This document shows positions 1 to 8,893 of a stretch of 64,000 nt of DNA, piece by piece. Made by a program: the position numbers and the translations under genes. Source of the DNA: an uncultured delta proteobacterium (GTDB lineage: Bacteria; Desulfobacterota; Syntrophorhabdia; Syntrophorhabdales; WCHB1-27). The notes below the pieces were generated by a model, which was not told where the DNA came from, searched no databases, and saw nothing but the letters and a program-made list of their open reading frames with translations. The DNA is taken from the NCBI GenBank assembly GCA_963818095.1, contig CAWFRA010000011.1, positions 60,074 to 124,073 of the forward strand, read 5' to 3'. Every line of letters starts with the position of its first letter. Within the stretch, counting starts at the first letter, position 1.

Positions 1-463
1 GGGCACCGCCGATATGGCCGTAATAAAGGCCGTCAAGGAGGCCGTCCACATCCCCGTCATCGCTTCCGGGGACATATGGTCGCCCGACGCAGTAATCAAG
101 ACCTTCGAGACGACGGGGTGCGACGCAGTCATGATAGCAAGGGGCGCATTGGGTAACCCCTGGATATTTCAGGACCTTGCAGCTTTCTACGCGGAGGGGG
201 AGGCGCCTGCGGGTTCGCTTCCCCGGACAGAGCCGCACGCGGTCAGCCGGATGCGCGCCCGCTCGATAGAGGAGGTCAAGGCGGTGATGGCGCGCCACCT
301 GCGGCTATCCGTAGCCCACGACGGGGCCGAAAAGGGCGTTATCGCTTTTCGAAAGTCCTTCGTCTGGTACAGCCGGGGGCTGCCGAACGCGCGCACCTTG
401 CGGCCGAGGGCCGTGCGCGTGTCGGGAGTCGACGAGATGCTGGCCCTCATCGACGAGTTATAA
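1..463 (+). CDS. dusB: tRNA-dihydrouridine synthase (DusB-like), 5'-truncated by window edge
   Basis: IPVIASGDI, GCDAVMIARGALGNPWIF and the C-terminal FRK..WY motifs of the Dus family. Confidence 0.9.
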   Translation, partial: GTADMAVIKAVKEAVHIPVIASGDIWSPDAVIKTFETTGCDAVMIARGALGNPWIFQDLAAFYAEGEAPAGSLPRTEPHAVSRMRARSIEEVKAVMARHLRLSVAHDGAEKGVIAFRKSFVWYSRGLPNARTLRPRAVRVSGVDEMLALIDEL

Positions 464-1175
464 ACGCCTCAATCGCACGGTTGGTTTCTTCCGGCTTCTC
501 GAGCATGACCATGTGGCCTGCGCCGGGGACTAAGGAAAGGCGCGCGCCGGATATCTGCGCGGCCAGGTACTCGGCATACTTGGGGGGCGTCAGCATGTCG
601 TCCTCGCCTGTGATGATGAGCGTGGGGAGCGTTATGGACCCTATCTCCTTTATCATATCCACGCCGTCGCAGGCCGAGAAGTCGCCGTGAATGATCTCTT
701 CAGGCGCGGCAGTCATCATCGAGATGCCTTCCTCGACGAGGTCCGGCGGGGCTTTTTTCGAGAAGGCAAAGCCCATGATGCCCCTCACCGCTTTCTCCTT
801 GTCCTTGAGGATGCCTTCCAGTATCTCCGGGAATACCCGAAGCCGCGCCCCTGTCCCCATAAGGATCAGGCCGGATAGGAGGCCGGGGCGGTCGAGGGCG
901 AGGCGGGCCGCTATGGCCCCTCCCATGGAATGTCCCGCAAGGCAGCACCCGGCAAGGCCGTTCTCCTCGATTGCAGCGGCCACGGATGCGGCGTAGCCGC
1001 CGATTTCCCGGCAGCCCTCACCCGGCGATCTTCCGTGACCCGGTAAATCCATAAGGATTACTTCGCATACCTTATCCAGGCCCTTCTGAAAACGCCAGGC
1101 GGTGCAGTTGCCCCCTGCGCCGTGCACGAAAAGCACCTTCTCCCCGCTGCCGCACCTCTCCAGGTAGACGCCCAT
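447..1175 (-). CDS. alpha/beta fold hydrolase
   Basis: HGAGG oxyanion motif, DLPGHG, nucleophile GHSMGG, C-terminal GAGHM. Confidence 0.9.
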   Translation of the reverse strand: MGVYLERCGSGEKVLFVHGAGGNCTAWRFQKGLDKVCEVILMDLPGHGRSPGEGCREIGGYAASVAAAIEENGLAGCCLAGHSMGGAIAARLALDRPGLLSGLILMGTGARLRVFPEILEGILKDKEKAVRGIMGFAFSKKAPPDLVEEGISMMTAAPEEIIHGDFSACDGVDMIKEIGSITLPTLIITGEDDMLTPPKYAEYLAAQISGARLSLVPGAGHMVMLEKPEETNRAIEAFITRR

Positions 1176-1231
1176 AGCAACCTCCCAGAATTATATTGCA
1201 AAAGGACGGATAGCCATTATAGTATGACGGC

Positions 1232-1510
1232 ATGAGGGTTTTTGCAACGGCGATCGCCGTCTCGCTTCTATTCTGCGCGTGCCAGAAAGCCCCCGCGCCC
1301 CCTCCCCCAAAAACCGTCCACGAAGTACAAGCGGACGACCAGTATGCCCAGGAGCTGAACGAGATAAAGAAGAACATCAAGGGCGAGGTCAGGATCAAGC
1401 TGAAAAGGGACGGAAAAGGCGAATCCTATAGCTGGGAGATCACCGGTAAAGACCCGCGCGAAATCCTCAAAGCCAACGACGTGCTGGCAAAAAAACTAAT
1501 TCATCAGTAA
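1232..1510 (+). CDS. small putative lipoprotein, unknown function
   Basis: Hydrophobic N-terminus with lipobox-like LFCAC, Pro-rich linker; divergent from the hydrolase. Confidence 0.65.
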   Translation: MRVFATAIAVSLLFCACQKAPAPPPPKTVHEVQADDQYAQELNEIKKNIKGEVRIKLKRDGKGESYSWEITGKDPREILKANDVLAKKLIHQ

Positions 1511-1522
1511 GGGAGTGAGGCG

Positions 1523-2545
1523 TTACGGATACTGCGGGAGGAGCGCAAGTCCTTTCGTCTCTTCGATGCCCAGGCAAACGTTCATATTCTGCACCGCCTG
1601 GCCGGACGCGCCCTTAACGAGGTTGTCTATCGCCGAGATCAGTATAAACCGCCCGTCCTCGAAGGTTTTTACGCCGATATCGCAGTAGTTCGAGAACCGC
1701 ACGAACCGCGTGTCCGGGAAAACCCCTTCGTCCAGGACGCGCACAAACGGAGCGTCCTTATACGCCTCCCGGTAGAGGTCGATGAGCTTTCCTGCCGGAA
1801 CGTATTCATTAAGGCTACCGTATATAGTCGTCAGGATGCCCCTGTTTATGGGCAGCAGATGGGGCGTGAAGGTCGTCGTGACGTCCGCGAGCTTCGACAG
1901 CTCCTTCTGTATTTCCGGCTCGTGCCTGTGGGTGCCGACGCCGTATGCCCGGAAGCCCTCCGCCACCTCGCAAAAGAGGTTCCCCACCTTTGCCTCCCGG
2001 CCCGCGCCGCTCACGCCGGACTTCGAATCGACGAAAATGCGCCCGCCGGCCAGGCCGGCCTTAAGCATGGGGTAAAGGGCAAGGATGGCACTAGTCGGGT
2101 AACAGCCCGGATTGCCCACCAGCCGCGCACCCGAAAGCTTTTCCCGGTATATCTCCGGAAGGCCGTAAACTGCATTCGGCAACAGCTCTGCGGCGGGGTG
2201 CGGACCGTAGGTCTTCTCGTAGACGGCTTTGTCTTCGAAGCGGAAATCGGCGGCAAGATCGATGATGAGGGCCCGGCCGTCGAACAGGCCCCTGGCTGCT
2301 GATGCGGAGACGCCGTGGGGCAGGCAGAGGAAATAGACGTCGCAGGCGCCCTTGTAATCCGCGTCGGTCGCCTCGAGGGGCATCTCCAGCCGCCCCCTGA
2401 AGAGGGGGAAGACCTCCGAAATCTTTTTCCCCCTGTAAGTGTTCGACGTGATGAGTGTGACCTGCACGTCGGGATGGCCGAGCAGAACGGACAGGAGGAC
2501 GGCTCCCGTATATCCGGTGGCCCCGAGGACCCCTGCGCGCAACAT
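1523..2545 (-). CDS. argC: N-acetyl-gamma-glutamyl-phosphate reductase
   Basis: GATGYTG, NPGCYPT, SGVSGAG, DNLVKGASGQAVQNMN. Confidence 0.97.
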   Translation of the reverse strand: MLRAGVLGATGYTGAVLLSVLLGHPDVQVTLITSNTYRGKKISEVFPLFRGRLEMPLEATDADYKGACDVYFLCLPHGVSASAARGLFDGRALIIDLAADFRFEDKAVYEKTYGPHPAAELLPNAVYGLPEIYREKLSGARLVGNPGCYPTSAILALYPMLKAGLAGGRIFVDSKSGVSGAGREAKVGNLFCEVAEGFRAYGVGTHRHEPEIQKELSKLADVTTTFTPHLLPINRGILTTIYGSLNEYVPAGKLIDLYREAYKDAPFVRVLDEGVFPDTRFVRFSNYCDIGVKTFEDGRFILISAIDNLVKGASGQAVQNMNVCLGIEETKGLALLPQYP

Positions 2546-2551
2546 GGTCTG

Positions 2552-2944
2552 TTATCTCTTGGAGAACTGGAAGCTTGCCCTTGCAGCCTTCTTCCCGTAC
2601 TTCTTTCTTTCCTTGACCCTCGGGTCCCTGGTGATGAGGCCCTGTTTCTTCAAAAGCACCCTGAGCCCTGCGTTGAACTCAAGGAGGGCCTTAGCTATTC
2701 CGTGTCCGAGGGCCCAGGCCTGGGCAGGCACGCCGCCGCCGTAGATGTTGGCGACGACATCGAATTTATCGGCGTTCCCGGTGATCGTGAAAGGCTTATT
2801 GACCATCAGGCGCCACTCTTCCAGGGGAAAATAATTATCGAGGGTCCTGCCGTTGACGACGTACTGGCCCTCGCCCGGCTTTATCCATACCCTCGCAACT
2901 GCGGTCTTCCTTTTCCCCGTTGCGTAAAATCTCTTATCAGGCAC
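2552..2944 (-). CDS. rpsI: 30S ribosomal protein S9
   Basis: [13 protein letters not shown] ... [12 protein letters not shown] ... QFSKR. Confidence 0.98.
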   Translation of the reverse strand: MPDKRFYATGKRKTAVARVWIKPGEGQYVVNGRTLDNYFPLEEWRLMVNKPFTITGNADKFDVVANIYGGGVPAQAWALGHGIAKALLEFNAGLRVLLKKQGLITRDPRVKERKKYGKKAARASFQFSKR

Positions 2945-3384
2945 TCCTTACCTCCTTCACGTCGAGCGTCTCGGGCATCTGTGCCTTGTGGGGATGCTCG
3001 CCCCCCCGGTATACCTTCAGCTTCTTCAACATCCGTCTCCCGAGCGCGTTCTTGGGAAGCATGCCTTTCACCGAAAGCCTGATAATATCTTCCGGCTTCG
3101 TGGCAAGAAGCGTCCTTGCGTTCACCTGCCGCAGTCCTCCGGGGTAGCCGCTATACCGCGCATAAGTCTTCTGATCGAGCTTGTTGCCGGTCAGCCGCAC
3201 CTTTTCCGCGTTGACTACGACCACATAGTCCCCGGTATCGGTATGCGGAGTATAGATGGCCTTGTGCTTCCCCCTCAGAATAGAGGCAATCCTGGCTGAC
3301 AACCGCCCGAGGACGGCGTCGCTCGGCATCCGCCACGTACCACTTCTTATTCAGGTCTTCTTCTTTCGGAAAAAACGTATCCAT
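2937..3384 (-). CDS. rplM: 50S ribosomal protein L13 (apparent 1-nt frameshift near 3325)
   Basis: N-term [20 protein letters not shown] in one frame, continuing VLGRLS..LRGKHK.YTPH.DTGD..GMLPKN in another. Confidence 0.95.
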
Positions 3385-3442
3385 CCACACACCTTTAGCT
3401 TAAAACGTAATATACTTGGAGGTCCAAGTCAAGAAAGGAGGG

Positions 3443-3727
3443 TTACTTCTTTCCTGCGGCTCTCTTCGAAGCCTTCAGAGGATTGATCTTCTGCTCCTCT
3501 GCCTTAGCCGCTTTCTTCACGTGTGTGGCCATAGAACAGTTTGCGTTCTGCCACTTCTGCGCCGGAGAAGGAAAGTTACTGCAATATTTACCCGTCGAGA
3601 ATTCGATGGCCCTGGTGCACCCTTCACAGCTCTCTATGATGGCGTGGCACTTCCCCCCATTATACGAACAGCCTGTCTTTTTCATGAACAGGCATTCAAC
3701 ACCTGGTTTTTGCGTCTGGCACTGCAT
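3443..3727 (-). CDS. PxxKW family cysteine-rich protein
   Basis: Multiple Cys (CQT, CLFM, CxxC), PAQKW motif, C-terminal KINPLKASKR. Confidence 0.85.
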   Translation of the reverse strand: MQCQTQKPGVECLFMKKTGCSYNGGKCHAIIESCEGCTRAIEFSTGKYCSNFPSPAQKWQNANCSMATHVKKAAKAEEQKINPLKASKRAAGKK

Positions 3728-4040
3728 AACGGCATCACCTCCTTTTTCTATTTCGGACCAATATTTAACAATAAATATGCAGTAGTGTCAAATGGTTTTT
3801 CGGCCTCCCGCCTGCCGGCCCGCAAAGCTATTGTATCCAGACCGGAACTTGATGGAGCTATCGCGGCGACGGAAACGCAAGCGCGGCCGGGACGTCGCTC
3901 AAGCCGCCTTGACGTACGGGGATTGGTGTTTGGTAAACACCCGATCCTATATCCCGTTATTCGCACGAAGGCGCTGAAACTTTAGGCCGCGAAGGCCTTT
4001 CCGACCTCCGGCCGTCCCTGGGAGTACCGCACGCCTCCAC

Positions 4041-4067
4041 TTAATTTTTTCCTCCGTCCGTCGATAA
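4041..4067 (+). promoter_or_regulatory. possible sigma28(FliA)-type promoter for the HDOD-kinase operon
   Basis: TTAA-N15-GTCGATAA resembles TAAA-N15-GCCGATAA; 9 nt upstream of ATG 4077. Confidence 0.4.
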
Positions 4068-4076
4068 AACTGTTAC

Positions 4077-4886
4077 ATGAAAACGCTTACACCAAGGGAA
4101 GAGCTACTTTCAACGGCAGAAACGCTAAAAGTTCTGCCCACTTTGAGCACGATTATCGACGAAGTCCTGCGCATCCTGGCTGACGATAACTCCTCATTTC
4201 ATAGTCTTTTCAATGTGGTCAGGTACGATCAGGCCATATCCTCAAAGATCATCAGCATAGCGAATTCGGCCTATTTCAACAGGGGGTCGCAGATAGTCCA
4301 CCTGGAAAGGGCCATGGTGGGCATAGGTTTCGACGAGATACGGAGGGTTGTAATGTGTCTCGTCTTCCTGAAGGAGATGCTGGGCCGGTGGAAACTGAGC
4401 CAGGAGGACCTCGCGTCCCTCTGGAGCCACACGCTCTCGGTTGCCTGCGCTGCGAAGGTCCTCGCGGAGAAAACAATGACGGAGGACCGGGAGAAGGTAT
4501 TTACGGTCGCGATCCTCCACGACCTGGGCAAGGTCCCCCTCTTCCTGTACGGCGATCGCTACCGCAAGATGCGTGCGGAAGCGGCCGCCGACGGCGGGGA
4601 CATCTGCTCCATGGAAAATGAGGCATTCGACATCGACCATACGGAGCTGGGCCATTTTATAGCGGTAAAGTGGAGGTTCCCCGAAGAGTTTGCCAACGTG
4701 ATACTGAAGCACCATGCCGGCGGAGCGGAAAGCGCCGTACCTCTCATCGACATAGTAAGGAAGGCAGACATGTTCGTCGAGAGTCCGGGTGCGGACCTGG
4801 GACCGGCCGGCGCACTCTTGCGGGAAGAGGCCGCTAACATAGCGGCCGAGACAAACAGGATTTCGGAGCTGCTCGGAGTATCATGA
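4077..4886 (+). CDS. HDOD domain protein
   Basis: LPTL, DQAISSKIISIANSAYF, LWSHTL, ILHDLGK, DHTELG..IA.KWRFP. Confidence 0.93.
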   Translation: MKTLTPREELLSTAETLKVLPTLSTIIDEVLRILADDNSSFHSLFNVVRYDQAISSKIISIANSAYFNRGSQIVHLERAMVGIGFDEIRRVVMCLVFLKEMLGRWKLSQEDLASLWSHTLSVACAAKVLAEKTMTEDREKVFTVAILHDLGKVPLFLYGDRYRKMRAEAAADGGDICSMENEAFDIDHTELGHFIAVKWRFPEEFANVILKHHAGGAESAVPLIDIVRKADMFVESPGADLGPAGALLREEAANIAAETNRISELLGVS

Positions 4887-6871
4887 TGCATGCGAAAGCC
4901 CTTCCCGCCCAGTCACTTCTGTTCCAATGGGACTTCTATGAAAGGACTATAAGCAACTATTCCGTCATCGTACGGATGTTCCAGCATATGGAGACCGAGG
5001 AAGACTTCCTGTCCCATATGCCCAGGGTCTTCGTCGAGGAGACGCTCTTCGACGCCTGCCAGATCTCGCTCCGGGGCAACGGCACGCAGGGCTTCTTTGC
5101 CGTGGACCGCAAGCTGCAAGGGATCGACTGGGAGGAGCTGGAGCGGCAGAAGGGCAAGCTTTTTTCTCCGGCCGTGATCCACGACACCTTAGGTTACGGG
5201 ACGCTTTACATTTATCCCCTCAAGCGGTCCATACACGTGTTCGGCTACCTTATCTTCGGAAAAAAACAGCCTATCAACCTCGAGGCGAACATCGTCCGCG
5301 ATCTGGAGCTGCTGAGCGAGATCATGAACCGCTTCATCCTCCTGAATATGCGTATAGACGAGCTTAAGAGCGCGGAGGACGCGAAGGTGCGCACGCTCGA
5401 CACCCGCCTTGCCACGACCAAGACGCTCCTGGAGAACGTAATAGACCAGTTCCCTCACGCCATGTTCCTCGTCGACCGGAATGGGGCGGTCTGCTTCGCC
5501 AACATCAACGCGAGGCAACGGTTCATGGGGGGCAACGACCCTACGGGCGAGAAGATCGAAGACGTGCTGCCCGGAATCGAAAAGGGCATGTTGGAGAAAG
5601 ACCTCTTCGTCCAGGGGGAGCTGCACCACAGGCAGGGGGACGCCTATCGTATCTATAACCTGGAGAGTTACCCCATAAAGGACAACAACGACGCTATATC
5701 CTTCAAGAGCATCGTTTTGAAGGACGTAGCCGACGAAAGGGCCCTTGAGGAAGAGAACCTTTATAAGGACAGGATGGAGAGCATCGGCAAGCTCGCGGGC
5801 GGCGTCGCGCATGACTTCAACAACGTGCTGACCGGCATACTGGGCTACGCCTCGCTGGTCAAGAAGATGGCGCCCAAGGAGGGCCATCTCGGGAGGTATG
5901 CCGAGGTCATCGAGAACTCCGCGAAAAGGGCGGCGAGCCTGACCGAGCACCTTCTCAATTTCTCGAGGAGACAGCGCTCAAAGACGATAGACATGGTCGA
6001 CCTCAACAGCCTGCTCGGCGACGTGCTGTTCCTCGTCCGGGAAAGCTTCAGGACGATCAAGGTGGAAAAGGAGTTCGAGGAGCCGCTGCCGCCGGTCAGC
6101 GGCGATGCAGGCGAGCTCCAGCACGTCTTCCTCAACCTCTGCGTCAATGCGAAAGACGCGATGGGCGAGGGAGGCACGCTAACGATAAGGACCAGCAGGG
6201 CCGCCATCGGACGTTCGGTGTACGTCGCGGTCAAGATAGAAGATACGGGCCCCGGCATCGATGACGCCGTACGGGCAAAAGTCTTCGAGCCCTATTTTAC
6301 TACCAAGACGGAAGGGACGAAGCTCGGCATGGGCCTTTACCTTGTGCAGAAGACGGTCAAAGCCCACAGAGGCTTTATCGAGATGGAAACCGAAAAAGGC
6401 AGGGGGACTGCCTTCACCCTCTATTTCCCCGTCGCCGACATTGAAAAAGCAGTTGACCCCGACCCCGACCCTTTGCCGCAGGCCGGTCCCGAAAAGAGGA
6501 CGGTCCTGGTCGTCGATGACGAAGAAGTCGTAAGGGAGCTTCTGACCAGCCTGCTTGCGAGCGAAGGCTTCGAGGTGCTGAAGGCCGGTAACGGGACAGA
6601 GGCCGTCGAGATATTCAAGGGGAAGACGCACTCGATAGACCTCGTGATCCTCGATATGATAATGCCGGGTATGAAAGGCGAAGAGGTGCTCAGGAGGCTG
6701 CGCCGCGTATCGAAATCGATCAAGGTCGTCGTATCGAGCGGCTTTATGAGCGAGGACCAGCGCGACAAGCTTCGGGAATACGGCGTGGACGGCTTCCTCG
6801 ACAAGCCCTACGGCGACGGCGACGCCATCAGGACCGTCAGGTCGGTGCTCGCAAAGAGCAAGGAAGCCTGA
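4883..6871 (+). CDS. hybrid sensor histidine kinase / response regulator (PAS-HisKA-HATPase-REC)
   Basis: GGVAHDFNN H-box, NLCVNAKDAM, DTGPGI, FTTK, GMGL; receiver VVDDE..DMIMPGM..LDKP. Confidence 0.95.
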   Translation: MMHAKALPAQSLLFQWDFYERTISNYSVIVRMFQHMETEEDFLSHMPRVFVEETLFDACQISLRGNGTQGFFAVDRKLQGIDWEELERQKGKLFSPAVIHDTLGYGTLYIYPLKRSIHVFGYLIFGKKQPINLEANIVRDLELLSEIMNRFILLNMRIDELKSAEDAKVRTLDTRLATTKTLLENVIDQFPHAMFLVDRNGAVCFANINARQRFMGGNDPTGEKIEDVLPGIEKGMLEKDLFVQGELHHRQGDAYRIYNLESYPIKDNNDAISFKSIVLKDVADERALEEENLYKDRMESIGKLAGGVAHDFNNVLTGILGYASLVKKMAPKEGHLGRYAEVIENSAKRAASLTEHLLNFSRRQRSKTIDMVDLNSLLGDVLFLVRESFRTIKVEKEFEEPLPPVSGDAGELQHVFLNLCVNAKDAMGEGGTLTIRTSRAAIGRSVYVAVKIEDTGPGIDDAVRAKVFEPYFTTKTEGTKLGMGLYLVQKTVKAHRGFIEMETEKGRGTAFTLYFPVADIEKAVDPDPDPLPQAGPEKRTVLVVDDEEVVRELLTSLLASEGFEVLKAGNGTEAVEIFKGKTHSIDLVILDMIMPGMKGEEVLRRLRRVSKSIKVVVSSGFMSEDQRDKLREYGVDGFLDKPYGDGDAIRTVRSVLAKSKEA

Positions 6872-6897
6872 GAAACCGGCAGCACCTGCGCCTTTTG

Positions 6898-7665
6898 TTA
6901 TTCCTTCTTATAACCCGCGGCTATCCTTCTTTTAACCTTTTTCCACGATGGCGTGACGAGGAAGCTTTCCTCCATGTTTTCAACCATCCGCACGAATTTC
7001 TTTAAGGGCGCTGCAAAGGTAAGGGTATCGGGCTGCACGCAGGGGCGCGCAGATACGTCGAGCATCCCGAGGACGGCCCTCGGCCTGTCTGCGTCTTTTT
7101 CCAGCCAGGGATATTGCACGATAGTCGCGCAGCCGGCCCCGAAAGGTGAGAAGACGGCGTTGTGGTCCGCCTCGTCGAACCCTGCCAGGGTGAAAAGGCC
7201 GGAGAGAACGTCAGGGGCCGCGAAAAAGATGACCACGTCCGGGTAGTCCGATTCGAGGAGCTTGTCCCATCGCTTGAAGACGATGAATTTGGCCGGCGCC
7301 GTGAATGCGGGCTGTGTCCTCATCACCTCTCTGACGAGCTCCGGTGATTTCTTGTACCGTTCCCCCTCCAGCTTCCCCGGTTTTCCGTAAGACAGAAAAT
7401 ATTCGAAATCCGGCATAAGCTCGCTTGAGAAACCGAGGTACCTCTTTCCGCCGAAGCAGCCGACGGATTTGGCGTCGAATGCCGCGTTCTTTCCGCGCCT
7501 CACCTTTGCGATGTCCGCGATCAGGCACCTGTGGTCCGGCGTGGGCTTCGGTATGTCGGCCGGCGGCGGCTTCTCGCCCGTATAGAAAAACGTTATCGGG
7601 AGGTCGCTGCCGCTGAAAAATTTCTTCCAAAGACGCTCGAATTTTTCCTTGATCGGCATATCCAT
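6898..7665 (-). CDS. DUF169 family protein
   Basis: CLIA, GCFGGKRYLGF, EGERYKKSPE, PDVVIFFA.PDVLSGL, GAGC, DVSAR. Confidence 0.8.
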   Translation of the reverse strand: MDMPIKEKFERLWKKFFSGSDLPITFFYTGEKPPPADIPKPTPDHRCLIADIAKVRRGKNAAFDAKSVGCFGGKRYLGFSSELMPDFEYFLSYGKPGKLEGERYKKSPELVREVMRTQPAFTAPAKFIVFKRWDKLLESDYPDVVIFFAAPDVLSGLFTLAGFDEADHNAVFSPFGAGCATIVQYPWLEKDADRPRAVLGMLDVSARPCVQPDTLTFAAPLKKFVRMVENMEESFLVTPSWKKVKRRIAAGYKKE

Positions 7666-7748
7666 GATAGATGCCTCCTTTTAATACTAGTGCAGTTATT
7701 GGGGTTCAGCACCCCCTCCACCGGCAAAGCTGCGACCCTTCCTTCCCT

Positions 7749-8291
7749 TTAGATGCCCCGCTCCGCCAGCTCCGCCAGCCTGTCCAGGTCTGCGCGTATC
7801 GCCTCCGGGTCGAACGCGCCGCCGCCCCATTTCCACAGAAGCAGGCCGGGATTGTACCAAAACCCGAGGGGCCTGGTAATCAGCCTCGCGGGCAGCGGCG
7901 TGCCGGCCGATGTGACGAAAAGGGCGCGGAAGTCCTCGGCATCCGATAGTGCAGCCATGGTCTCCCTCACCGGGGCGTCGAGGAGCCCCACGTCGCCGCC
8001 CTGGTAAAACCGGAAATTGCCCTTCACGGGATATTCCAGGAGCAGGTACGAGCTGACCGGGCCTTTCCTCTCATCCCCGAAGACGCTGTAACGCATCGGG
8101 CGGCCGTTGACCTTTCCGGAAAGCAGGAGCGTGCGCACGAAGAACGACACGCGGCAAGCACCCGCTTCACAGAGCGATGCGGCAACGGCCAGGTATTTTG
8201 CGTTGTACCGGCGATATTGAAGCCAAGCGCCCGCCGCCACCATGGCAACTATAAAAACAAGACAGAATATTATAATCAGTAACGGATTCAT
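7749..8291 (-). CDS. hypothetical membrane-anchored protein
   Basis: Single N-terminal hydrophobic helix; 4-nt overlap with upstream gene. Confidence 0.65.
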   Translation of the reverse strand: MNPLLIIIFCLVFIVAMVAAGAWLQYRRYNAKYLAVAASLCEAGACRVSFFVRTLLLSGKVNGRPMRYSVFGDERKGPVSSYLLLEYPVKGNFRFYQGGDVGLLDAPVRETMAALSDAEDFRALFVTSAGTPLPARLITRPLGFWYNPGLLLWKWGGGAFDPEAIRADLDRLAELAERGI

Positions 8292-8857
8292 GCCCCGAAG
8301 CTTCCTTCCAGGATGACCGCCGCCGTCTCCACGTCGAAGATTTTTACCGTGCCTTCCTTTGAATCGAGTACGCCCGCCGTCTTGCCGTAAGGGCTTGACG
8401 GGTTGGGGATCGTGGGCGTCCCCGGGTTTACGATCAGGCCTTTCCCCGCCTTCCTGATGCGCGCTATATGGCTGTGGCCGTGCACCAGGACGGCCAGGTC
8501 GAACCTGCGTATGAAGTTTTCGAGGTCTTCGTCGCTCTTTCCATCGCCATGGATGACGAGGAGTCTTCTGCCGTCGATCTGGAGGAAGGCATAAGGGGAC
8601 ATCATAGGGGTGTCGAGGACAAGCTGGTCCACGTCTGCGTCGCAGTTTCCCCTGGCGATCACGATAGGTACGGGCAGGCCGTTGATCTCACCGGCGAGGC
8701 CCGATGTATCGTACCCCTCGGCAAGGGGGTTCCTCGGGCCGTGGTAAAGGACGTCGCCTGCGTGAAGGACCATCTCGACGTCCCTGAAAGGCCCTTCCAT
8801 CACTTTACGGAAGCCCTTGACCGACCCGTGGGTGTCGCTTATAAGGCCGATTTTCAT
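8288..8857 (-). CDS. YfcE-like metallophosphoesterase (phosphodiesterase)
   Basis: SDTHG, GDVLYHGPRN, RGNCD, HGHSH, NPG. Confidence 0.92.
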   Translation of the reverse strand: MKIGLISDTHGSVKGFRKVMEGPFRDVEMVLHAGDVLYHGPRNPLAEGYDTSGLAGEINGLPVPIVIARGNCDADVDQLVLDTPMMSPYAFLQIDGRRLLVIHGDGKSDEDLENFIRRFDLAVLVHGHSHIARIRKAGKGLIVNPGTPTIPNPSSPYGKTAGVLDSKEGTVKIFDVETAAVILEGSFGA

Positions 8858-8893
8858 GACTTTGTCCGCCCCGTCCTTTCGGACAGCGCCCGC

